A stretch of 64,000 bases of DNA, taken from NCBI RefSeq assembly GCF_009914755.1, contig NC_060929.1; one strand, written 5' to 3'. Both the position numbers and the translations under genes were made by a program. The first letter of the stretch is position 1. Each line of letters begins with the position of its first letter. This document shows, piece by piece, positions 50,857 through 62,936 of this stretch. Origin of the DNA: the human T2T-CHM13v2.0 reference genome, Homo sapiens. The notes beneath the pieces are model-generated. The model was not told the origin of the DNA. It saw only the letters and a list, made by a program, of their open reading frames with translations, and ran no database searches.

Positions 50857-50893
50857 AATAAACGTGTTTCTTGTGACCCATACAATGTTTCTG
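50857..50893 (+). terminator. Candidate polyadenylation site
   Basis: AATAAA at 50857-50862 in a non-A-rich context; CA at 50879-50880; downstream TGTTTCTG. Confidence 0.3.
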
Positions 50894-51839
50894 AAAAGCA
50901 TTTGAATTAGTTACCCACATTTAAATTGGGAAGATTTCACATAGAAATAAAGGTTTCATATTGCTCTTAAAAAAACTGACATAACTGGCTATCACGGGCC
51001 AACTGGCTAGAACTGAATCGTGGATTCCTCCTTAGTTAGGGTGAGGGTTCTTCAAGAGGCCATAAACCCTACTTGGACTGGCCCGAATCCCTCATTAGGG
51101 TTATCTACTTGTCCTTTAGGCATTCAGTTTGCTCCACTGAAACTTTGGATGTTTATTCCAATCTAGTAAGAGTGTTGCTGGGATGGGATGACCACATGCT
51201 TCTATAGTTATAAAAACTGCCCAACCATGCCTGCAATGAAGAGATCCCAGAAATAGAGGCCATCTTTCTCTGTTTACTTTTTATTGAACCAAAGAAGAGG
51301 AATGTGGAGCTCTCCAAAATGTTTCCGTGAGGAAATGAAGAGCTGTTATTTATAATCTACTATACTTCTACAGTGAGCTAATATTTATCAGGAAGACCTC
51401 CAGTCTCTCAAATGGTCTAAAGTTGCGTGTCATTTCAGCCAACCTATCTGCATCATCTTTTCCATTTGAGTAGTCTGGGATTCTTTGCCTCTGCACATGC
51501 TCAAATCCTACAACTGGAAGAAAAAGCTGAACTATGACCCTTGCCTTTGATATATATAGAGAGATACTTATCGAGTTTGGTGATATTGAGTTCATTTTTA
51601 ATATCACGGAGTCACTTGTGAATCAATACCTGTCCAATATTTGTCTAATAAATGTTCCTCTCTGACAGTTATTAAAAACAAACAAAAATAGGTTCTATTT
51701 CCTTAACTCTGCTTGAGGATCTTTCAATAGCAAAATTATCCCCCATAATTAACAAAAGCAAATATGAGTTTGCTTTTAAAAGACTCATTTGCTAGTCGTT
51801 TTTTTAGTCTAGGTCATTTCTGGCCTAGGTTATTTTTTG

Positions 51840-52060
51840 ATATTTTATTTAAAAAATTTTCAAACATACAGAAAAGTTGAAAGAATGGCACAGTGAACAC
51901 CCACGTATTCACCTCAAGATTCAATAATGAACATTTGCTATATTAACTTTACCACATATTCATTTATTCTTCTTTTAACCTATAAATTTTGATACATTTC
52001 AAAGTAAGTTGCAGACATCAGTGCATTTTACTCCTAAACACTTCAGCATTCATAGCACCA
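51840..52060 (-). mobile_element. L1MC4/5-type 3' fragment
   Basis: TTTCAAACATACAGAAAAGTTGAAAGAAT...AAAGTAAGTTGCAGACATCA...CCTAAACACTTCAGCAT. Confidence 0.75.
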
Positions 52061-52084
52061 GAGTTCAATATTTATGTTTTTAAA

Positions 52085-52730
52085 AGTTTTAACTGTGGTA
52101 AAATATACACAACATAAAATTTACCTTTTTAACAATTTTTAAGTGTACACTTCTGTGGCATTAAGTACAGTCACATTGTAGTAAAACCATCACCACCACC
52201 TATCTTCAAAATTTTTCCTTTTCCCCAACTGAAATTCTTCACCCATTAGACACTAACTATCCATTCTTCCCTCCTCTCTGCCTTTGAAAACTACCATACT
52301 ACTCCCTGTCTCTATGAATTTGACTACTCTAGATACTTCATATAAGTGGAATCATACAAGATTTGTCCTTTTGTGACTTTCTTATTCCACTTAGCATAAT
52401 GTCTTCAAGGGTCATCCATGTTGTCACATGTTAGAATTTCCTTCCTTTTTAAGACTGAATAATATTCCATTGTATATACATATCACATTTTGTTTAACCA
52501 TTCATCTATCAGACACCTGGGCTGCCTCCACCTTTTCTTTCCAAGACTGTTTTTTTCAGAGCAGATTTAGATTTCTTCCACTTTTTGGCTATTGGGAATA
52601 ACGCTGCTGTGAATATGGGTGTACAAATATCTGTCTGAGTACCTACTGTCACTTATTTGGAGTATGTACCCAGAAGTGGAATTGCTGGAGCATATGCTAA
52701 TTCTATGTTTAATTTTTTTGAGGAATCCAC
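52085..52730 (-). mobile_element. L1MB3/4-like 3' portion
   Basis: TGTGGTAAAATATACACAACATAAAATTTACC...CTGTCTCTATGAATTTGACTACTCTAG...CCCAGAAGTGGAATTGCTGG. Confidence 0.88.
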
Positions 52731-53309
52731 GGTTTCTTTTTCATATAACATTTATACCTAGTGAAATGCACATATCTGAAGTGTATAGATTTTGTTACAT
52801 TGTAACAAATGTATACTCTAGTGGATTATTTTTCTTTTCTTTTTTAGGTCCATCGATATATACATATAAGAATTTTTCCATTAGAATGCTACACAGTCAG
52901 TGGCCAAAAGCCTGTTGGAAAGAGTGTGGGCTTAGATGACATCAAGACATACAGTTTTAGAACCTACTGGCCTTATCTCTTCACATATTTTGAAGTCTAA
53001 AAAAGGATCTCACTGTCCTGAAATCAGAAATTTGCAAAAATCATCATCTCCATCTTCTACTACTGACTATAAACATTTTACCTTGTGTAAGCAATGACCA
53101 CAATAGTTCCAAAGAAGGAGTTTTAAACAAAAGAATGCATGTGGGGCTCAATTTTTAGCTCCCACCCATTACCAGAAAGAGATGATCTCTCCCTACATCC
53201 ATCATGCAGATTTTTCCAGAGTCTAAAAATTCTAAGCAGGTAGTAGCAAATTTATCATACAGATCAGTAGTTTATAATATTGAAAGTGAAAACAACAATG
53301 AATATAGCA

Positions 53310-53630
53310 TATTTTTTGCTATCAGATTGACAAAAAGTGACAGTTTCACTGGGAAAAGTGTGGAGAAACAGGCATTGGCAGATGCTGTAGGTGACATAAA
53401 ATAGTAGGGCAATTTGCTAATAATCTGTTAACATTTTTAATATACATTATTCCTAACCCAGAAGTTTCACCTCTAGGAATTTTTCTTACAGAAATACTCA
53501 TACGAGCGCACCAAGGTATATTTGTACATGGTTGCTCATTGCCACGTGGCTTGTAGGAGCAAAAAATTGGAAACGACCCAAATATCAGTCAGAAGGTAGC
53601 TGCTAAAAATAAATCCTGATATACACACAT
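53310..53630 (+). mobile_element. L1ME-type fragment
   Basis: GTGTGGAGAAACAGGCA...ACCCAGAAGTTTCACCTCTAGGAATTT...GCAAAAAATTGGAAACGACCCAAAT. Confidence 0.75.
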
Positions 53631-54073
53631 TTAACTGGTATAACTTGCTTTACCAGCTTGGACACAAATGAGGTTACATCTTTTTTATTTTTTCAAATTA
53701 CATTAGGCCCAAACATCTATGTGCCAGATTAGTGCCAGAGGAAGTCCACTGCCTGTCTCCTCTCTTAAGGCCTCTTCTCTCTCCCTGAATTGTCCAAACA
53801 CCCTGGGGCTTTTACTCCTTGCAAAGCAGCGAGTCTTGCTTCTAAATGCCTCCTGGAGAGAAAACTAGAGAATCTGATTAGTCTATTAGGAGCCTTATTT
53901 TCAACGTCTGTTGCTTCTGTTTGCCATACTGTGACTGTTGAAAGCTGCAAAAGTAATAAATAGGGAGTAGTGTTGTAAAATAAAGATGGGGGAAAAAAAA
54001 AGGCTTGATTGAGTCTGTTTTGAAAAATAAAAGTAAAGATCTTACTTGTATTTAAACATGAGCTATCTTTGAC

Positions 54074-54105
54074 TATATATGTGTGTGTGTGTGTATATAT
54101 ATATA
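54074..54105. repeat. (TA)n(TG)n(TA)n microsatellite
   Basis: Read directly from the sequence. Confidence 0.9.
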
Positions 54106-54739
54106 AATTTAGCATATACTGTAGTTGCAACAATGATTTAATTTTTCGAGTAAACAAAGAATGAATCAAGTGTTGATTTGGTGCTTGGGGGGATACATTT
54201 TCTAACAAAATTATTTGAAAGCAAATTTTGACACCCTTCACTTCACACTGACTTTTATATATAGCAGAATGACAAGGGTCACCTTGAGGAAAAGTGTGAG
54301 GGCTTAATCAATTTTGCTGAGACCCTCTCTTAATTCTTTGATATTCAAGTAATTCTTCTTTTGAAAAATGTATCCTGTTATCATTCTTGTTTTTCTCATC
54401 TTTAATTGTTAACTGGTCTAACACTGTTAGATATTCATTTGCTTATGGAACAGTTCTCCAAAATCATTTTCAATGGCTTTATAAAATCATGCATCTTTTG
54501 CAAGAGTAGCAGTTTTACATTGCAACTGAAATGCATTTTATTTACATTATATTGTGGGATGTTTATAACATCTGCAATCAGGAAAATTGACTGGCTGAGT
54601 GGGGATAGAGGCTGATATTAAGTTGGGAGGGCTATTTAAGTGAGGACTAATTTAGTAAGTGGTCAGTTCATTAGTGGATATTTTCCTGTTATGACCAATT
54701 TCTGCTTTCCTACACAACTTAGCAACTACTTGGATTGAG

Positions 54740-55040
54740 ATAATAATGAATAGCTGGATAATAAGAAACTTCCGTACTACGCAGTACTAGAGAGGAATTA
54801 GGTGTGTATTGACATGGAAAAACATTCACAATGCATTGCTAACTATAAAAAACAAGTTCCACATGAATAGTATAACCATGTTTCTATGAAATAATAACAA
54901 ATGTTAGTATATGCATAAGAAATATAAACAAATAAAACAACCTGGAAGATACTCCAAACTATTAGCAGTCATTTCTGATGAATGTGTGGGGAGTGGGGAA
55001 AATGACTTCATCATTTTTGAATATGATAAAATCTAATTTA
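54740..55040 (+). mobile_element. L1ME-type 3' UTR fragment
   Basis: GTATTGACATGGAAAAACATTCACAAT...AAAAAACAAGTT...CTGGAAGATACTCCAAACTATTAGCAGT. Confidence 0.65.
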
Positions 55041-55058
55041 AAATATTTTTAACTAGTG

Positions 55059-55342
55059 GACCAGGTATAGTGGCTCACACCTATAAACCCAATGCTTTGG
55101 GAAGCTGAGGCAGGAGGAACGCTTGAAGCAACATAGCGAGACATTGTCTCTACAAAAGAATTTTTAAAGAAATTAGCTGGATGTGGTGGCACATGCTGGT
55201 AGACTGAGCTACTCTGGAGGCTGAGGTGAGAGAATTACTTGAGCCCACAAGTTCAAGATTACAGTGAGCTGCTATGATCATACCACTGTACTACAGTCTG
55301 GGTGACAGAGTGAGACCAATATATATAACATACATATATTTA
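55059..55342 (+). mobile_element. AluJ (Jo-like) with a left-arm deletion
   Basis: GCAACATAGCGAGAC, CTTGAGCCCA, TATGATCATACCACTG; TSD AACTAGTG. Confidence 0.92.
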
Positions 55343-55371
55343 AACTAGTGTAGCTGAAATAGAACCAAAGT

Positions 55372-55470
55372 TGAAGAAGAAGAAGAAGGAAGAGGAGGTT
55401 GAGGAAGGGAAGGAGAGGAAGGAAGAAAAGGAGGGAGGGAGGGAGACAGACAGGAAGGAAAAAGGAAGAT
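55372..55470. repeat. Purine-rich (GAA/GGAA/GGGA) tract
   Basis: Read directly from the sequence. Confidence 0.85.
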
Positions 55471-55609
55471 GGGCTGTCATTTGATTAGTGTCCAAACAGG
55501 GTATTCCTAGAGTTTTTATTAGCCCATTTTGAAGGGATGTGAAAGGTTTTTTCAATTGCAACCTATTGTGTTATAAATACCCCAGAGCTCATTTTCAAAA
55601 TAACCAAAT

Positions 55610-55725
55610 CACAAACATTTGTTGAGAATCTGTTATTTTCAAGGTACTATGCTGCACTTAGTGCTCAGAGGAATACAAGAATCTATAAGACTTCTAGCTT
55701 CTCTCAAAAAGCTAACAATTTAGTT
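55610..55725 (-). mobile_element. L2 3' end fragment
   Basis: CAAACATTTGTTGAGAATCTG...CAAGGTACTATGCT. Confidence 0.55.
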
Positions 55726-56049
55726 AAGAATTCAGGAAAATCTTCACTTGAGATAGGGAAACTGCATCCAGCCTTCAGTGACCAAGATGGCACAGCTGTG
55801 TGATGGTGGAGAAACTGACTAGCTGACGCTTAGTCTTTGCTGCTGCCTAGTATTCTATGGGTTTAAGCATTAGATGAGAGTCAGGACTGAGTGCAAGATA
55901 TTTACCTTCAGAGAAAAATGTAATTCTTTATTTTTCATAGGAAGGGAAACCCACAGATTGGTTCAAAGGCCAGTTAGAGCTCCATTCAGATTTGATGAGA
56001 GTATCAGGGGGCTTTTGACATGGATACTCATGAAGTGTGATGGTGAATA

Positions 56050-56185
56050 GTAGGGTATGTATTATTATTATCGCTGCCTCATTTTATAAACAAAGAACTA
56101 AGATTAACTCAGGTACACTCTGCTGCTAAGAGCAGAATCAGGATTTAAACCCAGTACCTCTGATTCCAGAGCCTGCATTCTTAAT
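56050..56185 (-). mobile_element. MIR fragment
   Basis: CTCATTTTATAAACAAAGAACTAAG...GCAGAATCAGGATTTAAACCCAG...CTGATTCCAGAGCC. Confidence 0.7.
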
Positions 56186-56706
56186 TTTTCAGATCCACTC
56201 CTTTATCCAAATGTACTGTCTAACTGCTAGGGTCTGAGATCAAAGGATGACCAGATCGCTCTTGTGCAAGGAAGAGATGTTCAGCATGGTACTAATCAAT
56301 GTGTATATTTACTGTGTAGTTTACCCCAGAAGAAAAGAGGAAACCGGCTGCGTAAATGGAATTTGGAGGAAGGTAATACCTCCTGCCAAACAACATCGCT
56401 ATCCGTGAAATCTCTACAGTCTTTCTGGATAAGAGGTTGCCAAGATTTCTGTAGACATGGTCTTCCTTTCCACTCCTGGAAATAATCCCTTTAGGGCAGA
56501 ATTGAAACACATTAGCAGGTAACACTTTCTGCCTTTGTTCTTGTAGAGTGAAAAGAAACTGGGCCTTATATCCACTGTTGGGATGGTACGTGAAATGCAA
56601 ACTACTCCTCTTTCATAGAAAATTTCTGGAAGTCATTGCCTTGAAAAGTTTTTAAAAAGTATTCTCAGCATCCTAAAATAATGGAAAATAACTTGTGAAT
56701 AATCAG

Positions 56707-57031
56707 TGCTACGGTTTAAATGTGTCCCCCAAAAAGCACGTGTTGGAAACTTAACCCCCAATGCAGTAGTGTTGGGAGATGGGCCTAATGGGAAGTATTT
56801 AGGTCATGAGGGTGAACCCTCATAAATGGATTAATGCTGATTATAAAAGGGCTTGAGGCAGTGAGTTTGATCTCTTACTCTCTCTTGCCAATGTGATGCC
56901 TTCTACCATGAATGATGCAACAAGAAGGCCTTCACCAGATGCAGCTCCTCGAGCCAAATAAACTTCTATTGTTTATAAAAATTACCCAGTCTGTGGTATT
57001 CTGTTATAGCAGCACAAAAGGAACTAAGACA
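56707..57031 (+). mobile_element. MSTD-like solo LTR
   Basis: TGCTACGGTTTAAATGTGTCCCCCAAAA...ATTACCCAGTCTGTGGTATTCTGTTATAGCAGCACAAAAGGAACTAAGACA; flanks ATCAG and ATGAG. Confidence 0.9.
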
Positions 57032-60000
57032 ATGAGCTATAAATTATTTTTCCCTTCTTTGCTCTCTTTATCTCTGAGAATGTGAGGACTTAGCATTGAA
57101 CATTGCAATGATTTATGGACAATGTCAAAGGTCTCTGAAAAATAATAATTTGCCATTTTGCTGAGGCAAGCATCAGAATCCTAAACATTATTGTCTGAGA
57201 ACAAATCACTTGATTAGTGAGTGGGCCCAGCCATCCACCTGGTATTCACATCACAAGCAAGATCTTACAGCTTTCTTTAATTGTCATGTCTGCAATAAAT
57301 CCTGTGAAGAGATAATAACTTTGTTTCTTTGTGAAAAATGGCCCTGTAAAGAAAGTCAACTGTTAGTGCTTGTGTTGAAAAGTGATGGCATTTATTAATT
57401 TGCATGATTATATTTAGATAATTACATGATTAGATTAATATTTAGAGTACAATTAGGTGCACAATGTTGACGGCTGCTTGATATACTTAGAAATTTGGAG
57501 GGTCTCTGTGTACAGAGACATTTCTCTATAGCCTGGCACATGTCTTCTTGGAAAATGGATGGCAAGAAAACTTCCGGCTTTACCTGTTGGTTACGGAAAA
57601 AAAGAATATTTTATATTACTGTGATCTTTTGGGAGGCAGGCATCTTTAGTAAACCAAATGTTCTGTGTCACTGCTAGGGTCTGAAATTGCTGTTTGGCAA
57701 CAAAAGCTCTCTCGGGTCAGGGAAGCAGTTGCTTTCCCCTAAATTTTTCTTTTAAAAAATCCTCTGCAGTTGACCTCATTGTTCACCATTCTGCAGATGA
57801 GAAAGGACTCAATTGTTTTCAGCTGAGAGTTCCACATAGCAATCACAATAATGCCAGAATCATACAAACCACTGAATTAAGGTGGCTCCCCAACCCGCTA
57901 TCACCAGGCTGTTGACAGGCGAAGAGCTGAAGCCATCTTTGATATATATTTCCCATCCTCTCTTCCCTGGAATGTTATTAGGCACATTAGGTTCTAACTG
58001 GAGCACTAATCATTGAATCATTTATTATTCTGCACATGCCCCTTACTGGTAGTCAGTGAAACTCAGATGAGAATACCCCACCCAGGATTTGATTGTGATG
58101 ACACATGGCAAGATGTCAAGCATCTCCAGAGGCCTTAGATGTTTGGCCTATTGCCATTTGAGAAATGGCCTCTGATTTTCATTTAGACTTCATGAGGATG
58201 TTGCAAAAAATTGTTCTTATAACTGGTGCTATCTGTAATTCTTAATGGTAGTCTTGGAAATGTGGTAGCATTGTACAGTTGGGCTTATAGTCTCTGAAGA
58301 ATCTTTGCTGTCTCAGAAGAACTCAAGGAAACTGAATTTCCAGACCTGGCAAAGATCCATTTTTTAAAACTGCTTGTTTAGCCTTGTTGCCTTGAGTCAA
58401 ATAAAGCAAGTTACTTTATGAAGCATGAACAATGGCAGAAACATATCATTAAAATGTTAATTTAATTTGACTTGTTGAGGTAAGAATTCAGACAGTTTGG
58501 TTTACCGAAAAGAGACTGGGATTAGTGGTACTGTTGTTGATCTGGAATGAATCTGGTCATGTGAATGAGAGTTCTAAGGCAAAGAGAATGGGTGTAGTTA
58601 TGAAGACTTTCTACCTTTGCTGTAGGTTCAGGACTAAAGTATAAAATGTGCTTTCTTCAGTTGTTCATTTTGTACTTTTGACACACATTAAATCCACTTT
58701 TAAGAGGTAGGTAAATTTAATATGTATTTGGCTGATAAGTTTAAATTTGTGATCATATGTTTTTCATTTATTCCTCCCTTTTCCTCACTTCTCTGAACCA
58801 AAATGGGATGAAGGTCTCATTCTCAAATGCTGTGATCTTGTTTTGCAAATCACCAACGGGTCCATCGTATAAGTTAAAACTTTGCAGGCCCAGGTGTCAC
58901 AAGAGTATTCTTTTCTATTTGCCAAGATAAAATCCCGACTTATGGCTTGGGACCATATTGTAAAATGTAAATAACATTTTAATGAGTACTATAGAGGAAG
59001 ACTTTGCTGGGCCAGTTGCCCACCACTGAAGGGCTGGATTTAAGTGTACCTTGGGTTATAATGAAACTAGTTTGGTGGTCTTAGCCTCCCTAGTAGACAT
59101 TTTCCCACATTAGAAAACCAGCACAGGATTTCATGCAATTCCGTACAAAGGACAATTGCAGTTCTGCTCAAAACCAGAACTGGAGTGTGGATGGGGTAAC
59201 TAGAGGAGAAGCTAGAGGAGGAAGAACAACAGGGAGCCTTTCAATCCAAAGTTAAACTCCTGCCTAGATTTAGGAGGAAAAGGGAAGGGGAAAAATAATT
59301 GCATATGTATTTTTATTTCTGTCCACATTCTGTAATCTCAAATACCATCTGAAGATATCTTCTCCTTTCCATTTCCTGCACTGTCCATGTTCTTGACTCT
59401 GTGAGAATATGTATTTCAAAAACTTTGACTAAAAGCATTGTGTTAACCTCTCTATACTAGTAACTCCAGCTCCTGGAGCTGTAGGACTCAACACCCACAT
59501 CTCAACTAGATTCCATAGAAATTGTATTCATGTGTTTCTTACCTCTCCTGATTCCAAATTCATCTTTTCTAACTAGCTGCATCTCACTTGTCCCTTAACC
59601 AAGGTGCCGTCCCAGTTCCCATAGGGGGCCCTTTGTAATGACAGGTACACACCTTCATCTCTTAGTTTTTGCACTAGTCTATATGGAAGTTAATGCCTAA
59701 TCATATACATTTGATACTCTATTACTGTTCTAATTGACTGACTGAAAGTATAAGCCAACCTTTTAAAGCTAGAGGAAGAAAACCCCAAGCGTAAGATGCT
59801 ACACTCCTGACCTCACTATACTTCAACGAAAGAGAATTATTCAGTCCTTTTTCTCTTTGGAAAAAGACTCTGGCTCTAAATCCCTTAATGATTCTACCTG
59901 ATTTAAATCTGACTATAATCCTGCATGGTAAATTAAGATTCTGCACCTTTTCACCCTTGCTTTTGGAATAATGTGTCTAACCCAACACCTGCCTAAAGAG

Positions 60001-62479
60001 ATCAGATCCTCTAAATGATCCAAAGCCATTCTGCTTGGGAATGGAAACCGTAGCATCAGCTCCAAGAGAAGCAAATGGTGCTAACTCCCTCTGACTCGGA
60101 CAGTGCTTCCACTCATGGGGGCTTCATAAGTGGTTGCATTTAGAGACCCGCTCCCTGAAAAAAAGGATATCTGTTTCTTCCAATTGCATGTGGAGTTCCC
60201 TGAACAGTCATTACAGGTCTCTTCCAGCATCCCCTTCCCTTCAATGTCCCCCACCACCATTCCCACTCCCAGTAAAATTAGACAAGCCTATATTCTACTT
60301 AGAGGAAGAAGGTATTGTCCCTGGGAGGTTCCCAGGTCCCCAGCCATTAGAAGAAATCTCCAGGTCTGTCTCAGCACAGTACTTCCCTGTAGCAGGATAA
60401 TGTGCCCTTCCTGGAGCTGGGCCGACTTTGCCCTAAGGTTACATTTCTACACAAAGAAGCCTTTAAGGGTGCTGTTGCAGGCCTCCACACTGGAGGTTTA
60501 TATCTGTCAATCTTAGAAAAAAAGGAGGCTGTAATAAAACTGCAGGAGCCAGCAGTGGGGGATTACAACTCCAGGATCAGAGGAGGTCTGCCTCACAGCC
60601 CCGCTAGATGCTGAGATTGGCCTCTCTGAGGATGGAGAACAATAAAGCGGAAGGAATTTAAGTCAATTGGCTGCTGGATTGCATTAGCAGGACTCAGAGA
60701 AGGGGCACTTGCTGAGGGTGGTGCCTGGATTCTTGGCCGCTGCCCTTGTGCCAACCAAGCTGGGAGATCCAGAGTCTGAGGGAATGAGAAAAGTTCACCC
60801 AAGTCCAACAAGTTGGGGAGGCCTGTGGCATGCAGACACCCAAATTGGAGACTGTGTGTGCTGCAGCCATTGCAGCTCCAAGTGTAATTTAGTTGATTTA
60901 CAGTTAATATGAGCAAATATTAATTAAGGTTTCAGTGAGTGACCATGATAGGCAGAAAAACAGGAAATACATCAGAAGGTGTGCTGGAACACTTTGCAAA
61001 GAAAACAGGAGGAAAAGCAAAAGTAGTGGCCTCTGGGAGCTGGGCAAAGAGAGTATTGGGGGAGTCTGAAAGTGGACCTGCCTGGTGGAAGGCATGCAGG
61101 TGGGGGAGGTGGAGTAGAGAATAGAGAAGAGAATAGCTGAGACTAGAGAGGACATCACTGACACCTGCCCAGCAGCTCTGCAGCCTTGAATTTGGCAGTG
61201 TGGTCCTGATGCCTGCATGGAAGGCTTGTTGGACCCAGCTTGAGAGCTTCCTAAAATATCCTTGGGCCTGATGCAATATCACTTTGTGATGGCACTGCAT
61301 TGCGATGTGGTGACAGGATAACCTGGTGGTGGAGAGGGAAGGCCTTTTATGTCTTCATATGATTTCATCTGAGAGAGGCCAAATGAGCCCGGCACTCCCA
61401 AAGGAGAATGGGTGGGTTGGAAGAGTGGTTAAGCTCTCTGATGTGGAAGGAATAGAGTTCCCGTCCACCCACCCCCACGACAGAGGGCTAGATGCCTGGG
61501 AGATGCTCAGTTAGGAGAGGGAAACTCTGGAGGACAATCCCAAGGGGCCTCTCAGCAGTTCACAGGGGCTCTAAAACGCTAAGGGGAGGAAGAGCAGTGT
61601 TAACATCAGCCTTCACCTGGAGAAGGCAGCACAAAGAACAGGGCAGCTTCCCCCTAGAATATGCCCTCTGAGTAAGGGAAAAGGAGTTGGATTGGGAAAG
61701 GAGAGACGACACAGGCCTAGTGTGGAGAAAGCCACCAGGAGCTCCAGCACTCTCCAAGGTTTGGCCTAGGTCATCTCCAAATAAAAACAGTTTGCCTAGC
61801 TCTAGGCAAGCCCTTGTTCTGCATAATGATTTGAATTTTGAAATGTGACTTAAACCTTGCAAAGGAATGCAACTCTTTTCTCCCTCCCCCAGGCCATTCT
61901 ATCTTTCTTAGAGGGCCAGAGGTGGATCAGAGGGAGGAAGGTTTAAAATTTTAGCCCCTTTACCAAAACATGGAAAGTGTCAACCACTAAGTCTCCCGCC
62001 ATCCCCGCCCCCAATGCTCAAAGTGTTCAAAACTAAAAGCTACAGCATCTTTTCAGCAAGTAATCAGCACAAGTTGAAAGGCACATGCTGTTGCATTTCT
62101 GATCAGATTGTATGTTAAGCAGGAAAATATACCCCCACCCCAACCCTTTTTGGCTAAATGCATGTCTGTTTAAAGAAGCCACCAGGCAGTGCCTCTCACT
62201 TTGTCTTGGCAGGGCACAACCATCAGACGAAGTGGGAGGAAGAAACATTAACTTCAACAGCTGTTTCTTGACCCCGGCTGTCAGTCTTCCCAAGAATAAA
62301 TTTTGGAGAGTCCTATTTGAAACAAAGAGGGAGTTTTGGGGGAGAGAAAAGTTGGTTGGTTCCAGGGCGACCGCCCAAAGAAGCAGGGAACAAGATGTTT
62401 GCAGTTACCACGCAGCCTGCAAGCCTCTGCCGGGTGCAGGGATGGAGCAAAGTAACTTGAAAGCTCCCCTCTCGGCGCC

Positions 62480-62738
62480 CTGTGCCTGCAGCTTCCCCCC
62501 CTAACGCGCGCCCAGATCCAGCGCCGGTGGTAGGAGCCGTAGCTCGACTACAGTAATTCCCCAGCTCGGGCGGCTTGAAACTGCTCGGGCTGAATAGCAT
62601 TTGCTGTTCCGTCCTGCGGCCGCCTCCCGCCGCGGCTGCCGCGCTCCCTGCAAAGCAGCTCTCATTATCCCGGAAGTTGTGCTGACACAGTCTCGCTGCC
62701 ACCAGAAGTTTGTCAACATCAAACTTCTCCTGTGTGGG
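62480..62738 (+). other. Candidate non-coding first exon (start approximate)
   Basis: ATG-free CpG-rich segment ending in the donor-like GGG|GTACGT, followed by G-rich intron-like sequence. Confidence 0.4.
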
Positions 62739-62819
62739 GTACGTTCACCTTCCACGAGTATTTAATCGAGCCAACAAGCAAACAAACAAACCCAAATAAA
62801 CCTGCCCGTGATGTTATGG

Positions 62820-62821
<2 letters not shown>

Positions 62822-62858
<37 letters not shown>
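62822..62858. repeat. Pure T37 mononucleotide run
   Basis: Read directly; no adjacent Alu or L1 body. Confidence 0.97.
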
Positions 62859-62861
<3 letters not shown>

Positions 62862-62916
62862 TTCCTGGAAAGCTGGAGCTGTTAGGAATGTGCTGGTGGG
62901 GTCTGAGAGTGCCTGT

Positions 62917-62936
62917 GGGGTGGGCGGGGGGGTGGG
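62917..62936 (+). other. G-quadruplex-forming motif
   Basis: GGGG T GGG C GGGGGGG T GGG with 1-nt loops; a second motif lies at about 63017-63045. Confidence 0.75.

Noticed and set aside
51035-51103. Scattered TTAGGG/TGAGGG hexamers (also CCCTAACCCC near 15004)
   Set aside because: At most two adjacent units, which is compatible with chance.
62480-62738. Assigning a gene name to the promoter or to the candidate lncRNA
   Set aside because: I do not recognise the sequence reliably; a BLAT search is needed.
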